From: Eledone cirrhosa
Lineage: Eukaryota
Assembly (NCBI GenBank): GCA_964016885.1
Contig: OZ024740.1
Location: 341,434,001-341,498,000 of the forward strand
Direction of reading: 5' to 3'
DNA length: 64,000 nt
Positions 51,701-63,255 of the stretch are shown in pieces. The position numbers and the translations under genes are program-made. The notes under the pieces were generated by a model. The model searched no databases. It was given only the letters and a program-made list of their open reading frames with translations, and had not been told where the DNA came from. Each line of letters begins with the position of its first letter. The first letter of the stretch is position 1.

Positions 51701-52077
51701 ACCAGAACTACATTACACAGTGGACTAGGTGCATTTTTATCATGGTACTAACACTTTACGGAGTATATTTGTTCATTTTATTGTGGCACCAGCAAAAAAT
51801 AGGCTTACATTTTTTTTCTTAATATTCCCTTCTGGGTCCTGTATGCCATCAGCTAACTATTCCTTTATACAGTGTCACTGTCAGTCTGCCAGAGATCCCA
51901 TTACATATTTTGTATACTCATTGTTTATACAGAGTATTGAGTTATTAGAATATGTATCTATATTTGTGTGTGTGTGTATATACACATTATACATATGTCA
52001 CATATACATCATAAATTACAATAAATATGTATTTCTCTTTTCAGTTGCTGCAGCAAGTTGAACCACTTTCAAAATGA
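24531..52077 (+). CDS. RNF31: RNF31/HOIP (LUBEL)-like RBR E3 ubiquitin ligase, 5'-partial, 13 exons, about 669 aa
   Basis: Exons 24531-24806, 25971-26216, 27741-27956, 36172-36387, 38863-39036, 41145-41246, 42380-42469, 44315-44429, 46394-46512, 47656-47769, 49507-49649, 50954-51119 and 52045-52077 join in frame. The product follows the HOIP order UBA-RING1-IBR-RING2-LDD ([41 protein letters not shown]). Confidence 0.9.
25971..26216 (+). CDS. RNF31: HOIP-like exon (UBA region)
   Basis: tgtcag|CTT...AAG|gtaac; LGEKQG...[19 protein letters not shown]. Confidence 0.85.
26290..26440. repeat. 35-bp minisatellite, about 4 copies
   Basis: Unit cctgatacacattgttacataacttacaatatatt. Confidence 0.85.
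27458..27673. repeat. Degenerate (GT)n/(CTGT)n microsatellite
   Basis: Visible low-complexity tract. Confidence 0.9.
27741..27956 (+). CDS. RNF31: HOIP-like exon (UBA region)
   Basis: tttcag|CTA...CAA|gtaag; [12 protein letters not shown]...LDEYVKRIW. Confidence 0.87.
28062..28397 (+). mobile_element. CORE-type SINE with RTE tail
   Basis: Near-identical to 13860-14206. Confidence 0.85.
28398..33357 (-). mobile_element. Decayed Ty3/Gypsy LTR retrotransposon (gag-PR-RT-RH-IN), intronic and antisense to the host gene
   Basis: gag at 31505-32290; protease LVDTGAS near 31410-31430; RT PWASPL, MPFGL, YIDE; RNase H TDHKPL; integrase HHCC, HVDIVGP, NGMVER, GPY. PBS at 32881-32895. Many frameshifts; no 3' LTR seen. 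Confidence 0.9.
32881..32895 (-). promoter_or_regulatory. Primer-binding site, tRNA-Trp type
   Basis: Minus strand TGGTTGACCCCGACA resembles the complement of the tRNA-Trp 3' end (TGGTGACCCCGAC) with one extra base, and lies upstream of gag. Confidence 0.65.
33562..35910 (+). mobile_element. 5'-truncated RTE LINE with frameshifts
   Basis: [33 protein letters not shown], followed by the family 3'UTR. Confidence 0.92.
36172..36387 (+). CDS. RNF31: HOIP-like exon (pre-RING1 and start of RING1)
   Basis: tttcag|AGA...AAG|gtaag; WRRAE...DIVEIV...ECKIC. Confidence 0.9.
37924..38430. repeat. 38-bp pyrimidine-rich minisatellite, about 13 copies with shorter variants
   Basis: Unit cttactccttttaccactctcttccccactttttctca. 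Confidence 0.93.
38863..39036 (+). CDS. RNF31: HOIP-like exon (RING1)
   Basis: ttttag|ATT...CAG|gtaaa; [14 protein letters not shown]...CPVCG. Confidence 0.92.
39180..39567 (+). mobile_element. RTE-3'UTR-derived element with a 48-bp tandem array
   Basis: Units start at 39203, 39251, 39299, 39347 and 39395, followed by the ggttggtgttaggaag module and an (ATG)n tail. Confidence 0.8.
41145..41246 (+). CDS. RNF31: HOIP-like exon (start of IBR)
   Basis: tttcag|ATT...CAG|gtaagt; [18 protein letters not shown]. Confidence 0.92.
41279..41699. mobile_element. piggyBac-like MITE with a nested SINE
   Basis: TTAA|CCCT...AGGG|TTAA ends; internal similarity to 51220-51444. Confidence 0.6.
42380..42469 (+). 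CDS. RNF31: HOIP-like exon (IBR)
   Basis: ttccag|TGT...GTG|gtaagt; CGGGF...[12 protein letters not shown]. Confidence 0.92.
43617..43652 (-). ncRNA. Minimal Penelope-type hammerhead ribozyme motif
   Basis: Minus strand tctt-CTGATGA-a-ggac-tagt-gtct-GAAA-catt-aaga: intact core boxes, 4-bp stems I and II. Confidence 0.6.
43684..43992 (+). mobile_element. CR1-like LINE 3' end (further copies 59238-59477 - and 62545-62890 -)
   Basis: Matches 22345-22615 (gaaaacagcacag...gagttgtagtgcacctga...cacaataatttcattatt). Confidence 0.85.
44315..44429 (+). CDS. RNF31: HOIP-like exon (IBR end and linker); not in the ORF track
   Basis: tttcag|TGG...ATT A|gtatgt; [38 protein letters not shown]. Confidence 0.92.
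45220..45640 (-). mobile_element. Old LINE 3' fragment (CR1/L2-group-like)
   Basis: Degenerate C-terminal peptide [11 protein letters not shown]...RW...[16 protein letters not shown]. Confidence 0.4.
46394..46512 (+). CDS. RNF31: HOIP-like exon (RING2/Rcat, catalytic Cys codon 46438-46440)
   Basis: tttcag|CT TGT...GAT|gtaagt; [31 protein letters not shown]. Confidence 0.95.
47656..47769 (+). CDS. RNF31: HOIP-like exon (zinc-finger insert and LDD start), GC donor
   Basis: actag|GAA...AAG|gcaagt; [26 protein letters not shown]. Confidence 0.9.
47817..48036. mobile_element. piggyBac-like MITE
   Basis: TTAA|CCCTTTAG...CTAAAGGG|TTAA. Confidence 0.65.
49507..49649 (+). CDS. RNF31: HOIP-like exon (LDD); not in the ORF track
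   Basis: ttatag|AAG...TT|gtaagt; CPVVEQKE...DAICGK...HAGFC. Confidence 0.92.
50553..50877 (-). mobile_element. CORE-type SINE with RTE tail
   Basis: Reverse complement of the 13860-14206 family. Confidence 0.85.
50954..51119 (+). CDS. RNF31: HOIP-like exon (LDD)
   Basis: ttgtag|G GTT...AAG|gtaac; [17 protein letters not shown]. Confidence 0.93.
51220..51444. mobile_element. piggyBac-like MITE
   Basis: TTAA|CCCTTTT...AAAAGGG|TTAA. Confidence 0.65.
52045..52077 (+). CDS. RNF31: HOIP-like terminal coding exon
   Basis: ttttcag|TTG...TGA; [10 protein letters not shown] corresponds to the HOIP C-terminal (E)EVPL. Possible polyA signals ATTAAA near 52124 and AATAAA at 52739. Confidence 0.8.
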   Translation: MLQQVEPLSK

Positions 52078-53473
52078 AGATTTATTTTGCATTATTATTT
52101 TTTTTTAATATCAAATATATTTTATTAAATTGTTTTATTTGTTAACATTCCTACAGTTAATGACAATAACTCGTAGCATATGGTACTATTGGTATAGCTA
52201 CTTTCAATTACTTTGTGTTATTTAGGTTCAAATTCTATGAGAACTAAAGTAATCTTGTATTACTGGGGTAAAGTTTATTAGCTAGTATAAAGATTGACCT
52301 TGTACTGAACATGTAGTGTTTATACCATGTCTTTTAAGGAACAGAGGAGTATAGATTTGATTGGAGTTTATAGATTCATTAAGTATGGTGTAGGCATGCC
52401 TGTTTGCTATGGAAGTTTTTGCAACCACATAAGTCTAGCATTAGGTAATGTTGCTGTAATGTTCTAGGATGTTTATGGGTATGGATATTTAGGGGTGATT
52501 TTCTCCAGTGATTATTTTAATTTGTAGTTGACCCCAGCTTGTGCAGTTCTAAATCTAATTTTGTGTCTTAAGTTTACATTTCATGTCAAATTCTACATGT
52601 GCTTACATTGTAAATGATGGTTAAAAGACTTTAAACACTCATAAAATGTTAATAATAGCCATTACAGACTCAAAGGATATCAACAACTGGGTTATGGATC
52701 TTGGTGCAAAGATTTGTGCAGATCTAAAATGTCCTTATAATAAACCCTGGATCTTTTATGTAGAAGCAGGGACTATGAGGGATAAAGCTTACCGTAGTAA
52801 CAAACTGAGACTCACATGTCCAAGTAGTCTTTCATTTTATTATATAGGTGGTCAGTGTACAATGTGTGATGATGTATACTGTACTGTTTTGTGTAATTAG
52901 TAATTAATTGGAATCTCAAGTAAGCTGGTACAGTCTGTGATGGCTCTTATGTGTTTATACTCATTTTATACTATTGTTGTTTTTCTGTTAGCCAATGTAG
53001 TCCCTGTTATTGCTCTAAGTATGTTTCTATAGTTTATTGCTTTCCTTTACTATATCTATGTATACTATGTATATTGTGAAGGGATATTATTGTATTTTTT
53101 TTTGTGTGTAAGGCATGTGTATGCTATGGAAAGTGCTGGGTCTATGTGATGTTACTTCATTCATGTTTTTATTGGGCCTTAGAATTAGGAATTTGTCCAG
53201 CTTCCAGATAGTTGGGATTTAGCAATGTTAATATGAGTTGTAAATATTTATAAGTACAGTGCGTGTTCTGATTTTCTCTTGCTTTGAAACTTTTGAATTT
53301 TTGATTTCCTTTGTGTGTGTGATAGATGAAAGGGTCAAAATCACATTTTAGATGAATGGTCATCATCATATGTTTGTTTTTCACAGGTTATGTTCTGCAA
53401 TTAGGCAGGTCAAATAACCATGTCTTGCTCATATGTACCATTTTGGCATGGTTTCTATGGCTGCGACTCAGCA

Positions 53474-55275
53474 AGCTACAATCACACTTCCATAACACCC
53501 CACCGGCTCCGGACACCCCAGACCGCTTCCTTGTCCTGGGCCGATGACCATCTTCTTGGACACCGGCATCTGGACAATTCAGCACACTGGACGGCTTCGT
53601 CGACGCCTGCCATAGCGCAGTAAACCGCTTCGACTTCCGCCACCACTCTAAACGAAGCAACATCTCTTGGGCTAAACTCCTCGCTCTCCGCTCCCTCCGT
53701 AACCACAATAACATCATCATAAAACCGGCGGACAAAGGAGGCACCGTAGTGGTGTGGCGTGCTGATCTCTACATGGCTGAGGTTCTCAGGCAGCTCCGCA
53801 ACCCGCTCTTCTACCGCCCCCTACCTTCCGACCAAACCCCCCACTACCAACACCTCGTCTCCTCCCTCCCACCACCTCCCACCTCATTATCTGTACCCCC
53901 ACCATCTACTTTCTCCCCAAAATCCACAAATCCACAAACACGACAACCCCGGCCGCCCATTGTCTCTACCTGCAACTGCTCTACCAAACTCATCTCCGCC
54001 TTTCTCGACTCCATCCTCCCCTCCCTCGTCTCTGCCCTCCCCTCCCCTCCCACATCTCCGACACCAACCACGCTCTCCGCCTTTTTGACTCCCTTCCCAA
54101 CCGGCCCACACCCCCTCCTCTTCACCTTAGACATTAAATCCCCCTATACGGTCATCCCCCATGCTGATGGCCTACACGCCCTCTGGCACTACCTAGACCT
54201 TTGCCCCTCCCCCACCTCGCCTAGCTGGTCCTCACCCTTAACTGCTTCTCCTTCGCGGGTGAATTTTACCAACAGGTCACTGGAGTAGCCATGGGCACGA
54301 GAATGGGCCCCAACTATGCCAACCTTTTCGTCGGCCATGTTGAGGCCCAAATCTTTGCCCAATACACTGGTCCCACGCTTGAACTGTACGGTCGTTATAT
54401 TGACGACTGTATCGGGGTGACGACCCTCACCCGAGAATAGCTCGACTCCTTTCTCTCCTTCTTCTGCTCCTTCCACCCCTCACTCCACTTCACCACCTCT
54501 ATTTCTACCACCCACGTCCACTTCTTGGATATCTCCATCGACCCCTCCTACCACTGCCTCATCACCTCTGCTTTCTTTAAACCCTTCACCTACACACACC
54601 AAACACTCCAACCTTATTCCCAACTCCTCCAGATCCGCCACCTTTGCCGCTGAGATGCTGACTTTGAGACCCGGGTAGGGGGGTTATCCCTCGTCCACGC
54701 CGCCCTCACCCTAACCTGCACCCACGCAGTCTGCTGCACCATTGCCCCTCACCTACCACCCCGTCATCCTACCCCTCCAACAAACCATCCCTCGCCGCTC
54801 CAACGCCTCCAGTGCAACTCCTCTAGCCCCCATCTTTCCACTCCCATCCCTCCCCAAACGCGCACGCAACCTCCTCGTCCGTAGTTCCCTACCCTGCTCC
54901 CTACCCTGCTCCAGACCCCGCTGCCACACATGCCCCACATTCCCAACACCATCACCTTCCAGACTCCAAACGGCCACTCTCTCTTTGTCCAGCATGCCTT
55001 TCGCTGCACCTCCTGCAACCTTGTCTACGGACTCCGCTGCATGGAGTGCGGTGCAACTTATGTCGGACAGACCGGACATTGTCTGGTGGATCAGTTCTCC
55101 CATTGCCCGCCACTTTTTCTCCACCGGACACTCTGCTCGCAACCTGACCGTCTGCGGTCTTATTGAGTGCCATGGGACCCCCAATGCCCAACTTAGGGCC
55201 GAACAACGCACCTCTTCACATTACAGACCTGCACCCCTCTTCCTCAGTTTGAACTCCCCACCCCTCTTCCTTTAG
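53474..55275 (+). mobile_element. Degenerate Penelope-like element (RT + GIY-YIG), Neptune-like
   Basis: IKPADKGG, PIVS, LFTLDIKS, GVAMGTRMGPNYANLF, RYIDD; Cys linker PCSRPRCHTC; NLVYGLRCMECGATYVGQTG. Frameshifted and strongly C-rich. Confidence 0.88.
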
Positions 55276-55699
55276 CCTTCGACACACACACACATGTATA
55301 TATACATATATGTGTATACATGTATGTTTATATATACATATTTATTTATTTATTGAATTTAAACGTCCATATAGAGCTAGTAAGCCATGACAGACTAGAG
55401 GAAGTATGGAATACTCCTTAGTAATCAAAAAGAGCAAGTGAGACAAGTAATAAAACTAATTAAAGGGAAACAAATGATATAATATAAAATTAAAATAAAA
55501 TTTCAAATATTGTATAACACAGCCACCGTATCTGCTATTAACTAAATGTGTGCACTCTGAACAGCTGATTGCAACTGCATTACTGCAATTTGGCAGATTC
55601 ATTGAGTGAGCTAGACGTTAGCCATTGACCTAACACCAGCGATCTTCGTTGGTTTTATAATATATATATATGTGTGTGTGTTTATATACACACACAGTA

Positions 55700-55960
55700 G
55701 TGACATACAGTATGTCTTGGGTATAATGCTTTTACTTTAGCTTTCCTCCATATCTTTGAGATCTTGTTAGAGCATCTCAAGGGGCCATGTGAGAGCAACT
55801 GGGCCCAGATGCTTAATCTGCTCAACAAGGATGTCATTGAGACTTGCAGCCTTGTTGTTTTTCATGTCTTTGATTGCTACATCCAATTCATTTCTTGTGA
55901 AGGGCCTTATGAAGCACGTTTGGTATCTTGGGCAAATTTGGTTTCTGTGGATGTTGATCT
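55700..55960 (-). mobile_element. LINE RT N-terminal fragment
   Basis: PFTRNELDVAIKDMKNNKAASLNDI. Confidence 0.6.
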
Positions 55961-56129
55961 GGGTCACCTCAGCTGGTGGGTGGCCTAGTTGGCTGGGACT
56001 TTGTGTAGTCATTTCCAAATATCCGTATAGTCTCCAAGGCTTTCCTGCTGCTATGTGTCATGTCTGCACTTTCAGTCAACCCCTGCCACTTCTTCTGCCT
56101 GCCCTCCTAGATAGAGTTGGTCAGGGTAT

Positions 56130-56530
56130 CCCCGCATTCCAAGATGTCAGTACCAAAGGGGGTCATCTTCAAAGAGTTGGGTGTACTCTTCATAAAGCTC
56201 ATTTGCATCGTTGGAGAGTCCATGGATGTAGTTGGTGTGACATCCTCAAGGAATATTCTTCCTAGAGGAAGCCTTGAGCAACTTGACAAAAGCATTGTAG
56301 TTGTTGAATGACAATGGGTAACAACTGCTTAAGCTCTGTATGCTCCATGTCATCAACACCTACTTCCAGGCCAAAACTCAGCACAAAGTTTCCTGGTGAC
56401 AGCCTCTCTTTGGGTAGTGGCACTAGCTAGATCTAATCCTTTCAAGATGCAGCCATCTGAGAGGCATACTCCTGACTCTGTCCTTTCAGAGTGCTGATTG
56501 TGACATAGATCACTCCTTGGTTTGTTGCTA
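56130..56530 (+). mobile_element. RTE (BovB-like) endonuclease fragment
   Basis: NDNG*QLL...INTYFQ...HKVSW...WH*LDL...SADCDIDHSLV. Confidence 0.7.
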
Positions 56531-56772
56531 GCAAAGGGTAACAGAGTAAAAGAGTAAAGTATGTACTGCCGTGTCTATGTTAGTGATTCTGAAAACCATG
56601 ATTCTGTTTCTTAAAACTTCTTTCACTGGGCTTTTATGAGCTGTGTAAAAATGTTTTTTGGTTTCTCTTTGCTGTCTATATTAGAAATTCTCTATATAGT
56701 CCAATAATCTCTTCACTCTCAGGAATAGTTTAAACATTATTGACTTTGTCATTAGTTTGAAAAAGTCTAGAA

Positions 56773-57032
56773 CATTGGTTCCCAACCTTTTCCCCTACCA
56801 AGGATGCTATTTTATTTAATGAATTTTTCATGGACCCTCAATTCCTATAATTACTACTCCCCTAGATTGTTATACAATGAGAATAGCAATCAAAAGAGAA
56901 ATATTTACATTTACAGAAGAATAGATATCCTATAGAGTGTATATTTTGTTTGGAAGAAAATACTTGAAATTTTGAACTTAGCTCACAGACACCCATAATT
57001 ACCTTTGCGAACCCCAGGGTTTGGAACCATTA
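56773..57032. mobile_element. hAT (Charlie-like) MITE
   Basis: Imperfect TIRs cattggttcccaacc / gggtttggaaccatta, flanked by the 8-bp near-duplication gtctagaa / atctagaa. Confidence 0.65.
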
Positions 57033-57488
57033 ATCTAGAATATGTAATCTATTTGTTCTTTTCTATTCCCATGTTTCTAAAGTGTGTTAGCTGTGTGTTG
57101 CAAGAACATCTACAGCTGTTTTTTGTGAGAAAAGTTATTGTTATTGGTGGTGGTGGTGGTGGTCGGGGGGGGGGGGGGGGGGGGGGTTATGACATGTTTA
57201 GGTTATGGTTTCTATGATAAGGGTTTAACAAGTAATGATTCATTCCACCTTAGGCAAGTGTCTTCAACTATAGCTGCAAGCTGACCGATTCCTTCTGAGT
57301 CAGTTTGGTAGATGGAAACTGCTTGAAGCCTGTTGTATCATTATCATCAGTTAACGTCTACTTTCCATGCTGGAATGGCTTGTTACAGTACACATCAATT
57401 CTCATTCAGAGTTATTGCCCTTATTGAGACAAGCTAGATCAACATATTTCATTCATACATGTGTGTATGTATATGTGTATATATATAT

Positions 57489-57520
<32 letters not shown>

Positions 57521-59766
57521 TTGTATGTATGTGTGATTGTGTCTTTGCTTCATATTTGTTATTGCTAGCATTGATGTTTGTTTATGTCCAGCATAAATAA
57601 TAGTCCTGTGGCTCAGCATTAAGAAAGAAGAGCATCTGGCTCTAGAAAACTGTCTCAAAAAGTCTTGTTCAATGCATATTAGCATGGAAAAACGGGCGTA
57701 AAAACAATGATGGTGATGGTAATCCTTGCTATAAAGTAGTTGGCAATAAGATTATTTAGTTATTACTGCCATGCTGAAAATATGACAAATACACGCAGTC
57801 ATATTGAGTGGCAGTTTTCTCTGCTGTTTTGTGTATTAGTTGACAAAGGACTGCAACAGTGAGACACTGTTGGGACAGACCTGTCAAACACATGCAAGTA
57901 TGAACAAATGATTTCAAACAATAATACTGATGGTAATTACAAACCTAAGTGATAGCAAAAGGTTTGTTATAAAGAGTGGGAAACTTCAAAAGAGATCAAT
58001 TAATTAAACAGTGTTCTCATTTACCCAACAATTGATTCCTAGTTAACATTCGTATATTTGGAAACAATTTCCAAACAAATTTAACCCTTTCATTACCATA
58101 TTTTCAATGAAAAACACTGCCTATGATTTTCAAATCATTCTGAAAATATTCAAGAATGTAAAAGGATCCAATAAAATAATTACCTTTCTCATTATGATGG
58201 TGTTTTAAGGGTGGGAGATTGGTAGTATTGGTAGAGTGACGGACAACATGCTTTGCAGCATAGAGTTACGGCCCTTTGCATTCTGAGTTCTAATACCACT
58301 GAGGTTTTGCCTTTCATCCTTGCGAGGTTGATAAATAAAGCACCAGTAATGCACTGGGGTCGATTTAATTGACTTTCCCTTCCCTCCAAAATTGTTGGCC
58401 TTGTGCCTAAATCAGAAATCATTATTATGATGGTGTTTATAATATAACATAAGTTCTTACAAAAGACTGATGGAAGGTTTTTCAGATAAATATAAAATCT
58501 TTGTATCATGGAATGAAGGGTGGTTTGAGGCAGTTTGGTAGCAAAATGATTAAATACATTTTGTTTAAAAGTAGGAAAATGTAAATAAAAAGAATATATA
58601 TTGAAGTTTTGTTACTTTCTGTTGTCAACTTCTGTGAAATGATTTAGATTATTTCTCCGCTGTTTCATCTCATCTGCATGGAAATTCCCCATTAACCAAC
58701 AAAACCATCGATACATTATATTAATTTAGCAATGGTTCAAATATTGTATAAATTTCCAAAATGGTTGCAAACCAATTCATTTCCATTGCTTGAAATAAAC
58801 AAATCAACATTTATTTTCCTTTTTATTTTCATGATTAACAATAAAAAATCTATTGCTATTCTTTTGTATTAACATCTTTTATCTTTTTTAATCTAAAACT
58901 TGTGATAATATAAATATGTGATAACATACATGCATTGCTGCGTTTGTTAGTTATCTAACGAACATGCCATTCATTAATTTTTCAACTGAAATAAAATTAC
59001 TTTCATAATTTCTTATTTTTCTCTTGTATGAAATTTTATTTTTTTAAATCTTTTTTTTTTCTTTTGCTTTACATATATCTGGGATAAAAATACCTTAACT
59101 GTTTCATTACCATATTTCTAACAAAAAACATGGCCTTCAATTTTCATAAAAGTTTGAAAGTAATCAAGAATTCAAAAGGATTTAGTAAAATAATTAACTT
59201 TCTCATTATTAAGTTCTTACATAAAATCATGATAATAATGAAAATTGTTGTGTACATTGCTCAGGTGCACTACAACTCATCAAAGGTACATCTATAGTAC
59301 ATAGAATAATGTAAAAATGTCAGGAAAGTGAAGTGTATGAGTCATGATATACACACAGATACATGTGTGCGTGTGTATAGAGGAGGAATATCAGGTGTAA
59401 TGTTGGCGAATTTCAGGAAGCATTGACGTTTTTAAGGATGTAGTGTCCCTTCAGGTAGTTCCATGCTTCAGCAACTGGAAGGTTTTCTTTTAGATAAATA
59501 TAAAATCTTTAAAATAGTTTTGTATCTTAGAAACAGGAGCAGTTTCAGGTGGGTTGGTATCAAATGGTTTAATATACCCTGTTTATTATGTGTTTACTCA
59601 TAATTTTCTCTTATGTAATACGTAAAAAGAAGTGGGGTCTATTTCATGGATAAGTCTCCTAACCCATGGGTGAAATTTTATCTGCATTCAAATTAGAAAC
59701 TGGCCACTGGCCACTATATAAAAAAAAAAAAAAGATTTAATCTTTAATACCAAAACAGTAATCTAT

Positions 59767-61845
59767 ACATATCGATCCAATAGAGGGACCAGCAGTGCAA
59801 GTTGAAGGTAGTATAATAAGTAAGGCGATCAAAGACATGAAGACAGGCAAGGCGGCCGGGCCTTCGGAAATAGTTGCCGAAATGCTGAAAGCATCTGGAA
59901 CGGTGGGACACACTATGGTCACCCGGATAGTAAACCAAGTCATACAGAATGGGGTCGTTCCGAAGGACTGGCGCAGCAGCATCGTCATTAACTGCTACAA
60001 GGGTAAAGGTGATGCCCTAGATAGGGGAAACTATAGAGGCATTAAATTAATTGACCAGGTCATGAAGGTCACAGAAAAAGTAATAGCGCAACTAATCAGA
60101 GAGCGAATTGATCTAGACGAAATGCAGTTCAGGTTTGTGTCAGGTAAAAGTACAACAGATGCTCTTTTCATTGTACGACAACTACAGGAGAAGTACCTAG
60201 CTAAAAGTAAACCCCTATACTTAGCTTTTGTTGACTTGGAGAAAGCCTTTGACAGAGTACCCCGCTTGATTATCTGGTGGGCCCTTAGAAAACTAGGTGT
60301 TGATGAATGGCTTGTGAGAGCTATACAAGCCATGTATAAAGAAACAGTCAGCAAGGTTAGAATTAACAGCGAATATAGTGAAGAGTTTAGCGTAAAAGTT
60401 GGTGTTCATCAGGACTCCGTCCTTAGCCCCCTACTATTTATTATTGCCCTTCAGGCTATAACAGAGGAGTTCAAGACCGGCTGCCCATGGGAACTCCTAT
60501 ATGCAGATGATCTAACGCTCATAGCTGAATCAATGGCTGAACTAGAGAAGAAATTCCAAACATGGAAGCATTGCCTAGAATCAAAAGGCCTTAAAGTTAA
60601 CTTGTCTAAGACTAAAGTTCTAGTTTGTAGGAAGGAAAATAGGGCACCGGCCCCATCTGGGAAATGGCCATTCTCAGTGTGTAGGAAAGGAGTAGGTAGA
60701 AACTCCATTTTATGTCCCAAATGCAAAATATGGGTACATAAAAGATGTAGTGGGATCACAGGTAAGCTAAGAATATAGATTTTATATGTGGCCGGTGCTC
60801 TGGTGCAATAAGTAGCAGCAAATGCCCACAGAATACTAAACTCATTCCATTGCACAGATGGTTCTATAGAAATAGTGGACAGCTTCCGTTACCTGGGTGA
60901 CAAAATCCAGCAGTGAGGGAGGGTGCTCTGAAAGTACAGTAGCTAGAGTCAGAACGGGATGGAAAAAGTTCAGAGAGCTTATACCACTATTGGCCGCTAA
61001 AGGGTTCTCTCTAAAAATGAAAGGCAGGCTGTATGATGCCTGCATACGAACAGCAATGTTACATGGCAGTGAGACCTGGGCATTGTGTGCAGAGGATATA
61101 CGCAGACTGGAGAGAAACGAAGCTTGCATGCTCCACTGGATGTGTAATAGTAATATACGTGAACGACAAAGCATAAACAAACTAAGGGAGAAATTAGAAA
61201 TAAGAGGGATCAGATGTTGTTTACTCGAGAGAAGACTACGTTGGTATGGTCACGTGATGCGCATGAAAGACGACAGCTGTATAAAAAAGTGCAGGCCAAT
61301 AAAAATAGACGGTAGCCACGGAGTAGGCAGACCCAGAAAAACCTGGGACGACTTGATAAATTCCAACCTCACACACTTACACCTCTCCAAGACAATGTCA
61401 CTGGACCGAGATCTTTGGCGCTACACAGTAATAGAGAAGACCCGCCTTACCTAAGTGCAAAGTGAAACCTACTACAGTCAGTAGGCACCTCTAACAAAAT
61501 ACACCCCGTCCCACTACCCCCACCCCATCCACACCACCCCTCTCAATGTAAAGTTATGTTGGTACCACAACATCCAGCCCGAAATAAACGAGGTCGTGTA
61601 AGTGTCACGACAAAAAAAAACACACAGTCCATGCTGTAATGTGGCCATGTAGGTAACACAGTAAAAATCTTCCAGTTCCACACTGTAAATGTGGTTGGTG
61701 TTAGGAAGGGCATCCAGCCGTAGAAAACCTGCCAGACAGTCCTATGCGAGCAAGACAGCCACTCTTGCCTCAAGTGGGAAAACTCCCGTCCAAATCCATG
61801 CGAGCGTGGAATATGGACGTTAAACGATGATGATGATGATGATGA
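59767..61845 (+). mobile_element. 5'-truncated RTE LINE, same subfamily as 33562-35910
   Basis: 327-aa and 185-aa ORF pieces with RT motifs, 3'UTR and (ATG)n tail. Confidence 0.93.
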
Positions 61846-62237
61846 ATATAAAAGGCGGATGTTTGCTCGTGGGTTTCTTCACGCATCACACAAAAACGGA
61901 AAATGACAATCGAAAAGTAAGTACAGCAATGGAATAAGGAAGGTTTATTGATACTAATTTTATAACATCAAAGAAGAAAAACATCCTGGGAATGCTAACC
62001 AATATGACTGTTATTTCTAGCAGGTTGGGAATCAACCATAAGGGATTCTCTCTGCTCATTCGTTGTCAGTGACGCTCGTGTTTCGCGGCAATCCTCTCCG
62101 ATTTGAATGCTGGTTTATGCACACACACACACACACACACTCACACATTTATACTGTAAACCAAACAACCCATCCAATTCTTATCTACCCGTCTTCTCTT
62201 ATCTGTTTACCCAGGTGAAGCAGGGTACCTCAGCTAG
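61846..62237 (+). mobile_element. Non-autonomous Helitron-like element
   Basis: 3' end acccaggtgaagcagggt (hairpin) + acctcagCTAG|t. The 5' boundary is uncertain. Confidence 0.45.
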
Positions 62238-63058
62238 TTTAATATAAGTTGCATACCTATGAATTTCCTCTGCCCATCTTAAGATTCTTATGCACATGAA
62301 GTGTGGCCCTCATATTATAAAGGTTTGCCACTCCTGTTCTATTTAATATTTAGGGCAAGAAATTTAAATTTAACAATCATCATCACCATTCTTCCATGCT
62401 TTCATGAGTTGGCTGAGTCTATTCCAGCATAGCTTCTAATCATCTCCTTTATGAAATTCTGTTTCCTGAGAGCAACCTTCACTTTTTTCCAAAATTTCTT
62501 CAGTCCTCATCTTCAGAAGTTTTCTTCCACTTGGATTAAATATATAATAATGAAATTATTGTGTACAGTGCTCAGGTGCACTACAACTCATCAAAGGTGC
62601 ATATAGGGCACATAGAATAATGTACAAATGCCAGGAAAGTATATGAGTCATGATATACATGTGTATGAAAGAGGAGAATATCAGGTGTAATGTTGGCGAA
62701 TTTCAGGAATCATGGAGGTTTTAAAGGATGCAGTGTCCCAACTGATGCAGGTAGTTTCTTCCATGCTTCAGCAACTCTGAGCGTGAAAAAATGTTTCTGA
62801 AAGTCATGGGAGCCCTACTGTTTTCTGATTTTGTAAGCATGTCCACAAGTGTTAGACATATGAAATTAAAAAAGGTGCTCAGGGTTGTTGTTGGAAAGAT
62901 GGTCAAACTAACTAATTGATTCATAATTAAAAGATAGATTGATGATTTATGTTTAAAGACTGATCTTAGTCTCCACATGTATAAATTCTAGCTGTATGTA
63001 CGTACATATATATATGTATGTGTTTATTTTATTCAGTACACATATATGTGTGTATATA

Positions 63059-63255
63059 TGAGGGCTGGCTGGAAAGTTCATAGGCTGATCAAAACACTCC
63101 TAGAATGATGAAATGGGGTTTGTTTTTCAACATAGTTCCTGGAAAAAAAAGCAATGCAGTGATTAATAAGAAGAGTTGAAATAAATGAATGCAAGATTTC
63201 ACAGCTCTAGCATCACTCCTTCATAGTCAGCTATGAACTTTTCAGCCAATTCTCG
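63059..63255. mobile_element. Tc1/mariner-type MITE
   Basis: About 30-bp imperfect TIRs (tgagggctggctggaaagttcataggctga / tcagctatgaacttttcagccaattctcg) flanked by TA on both sides. Confidence 0.75.
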
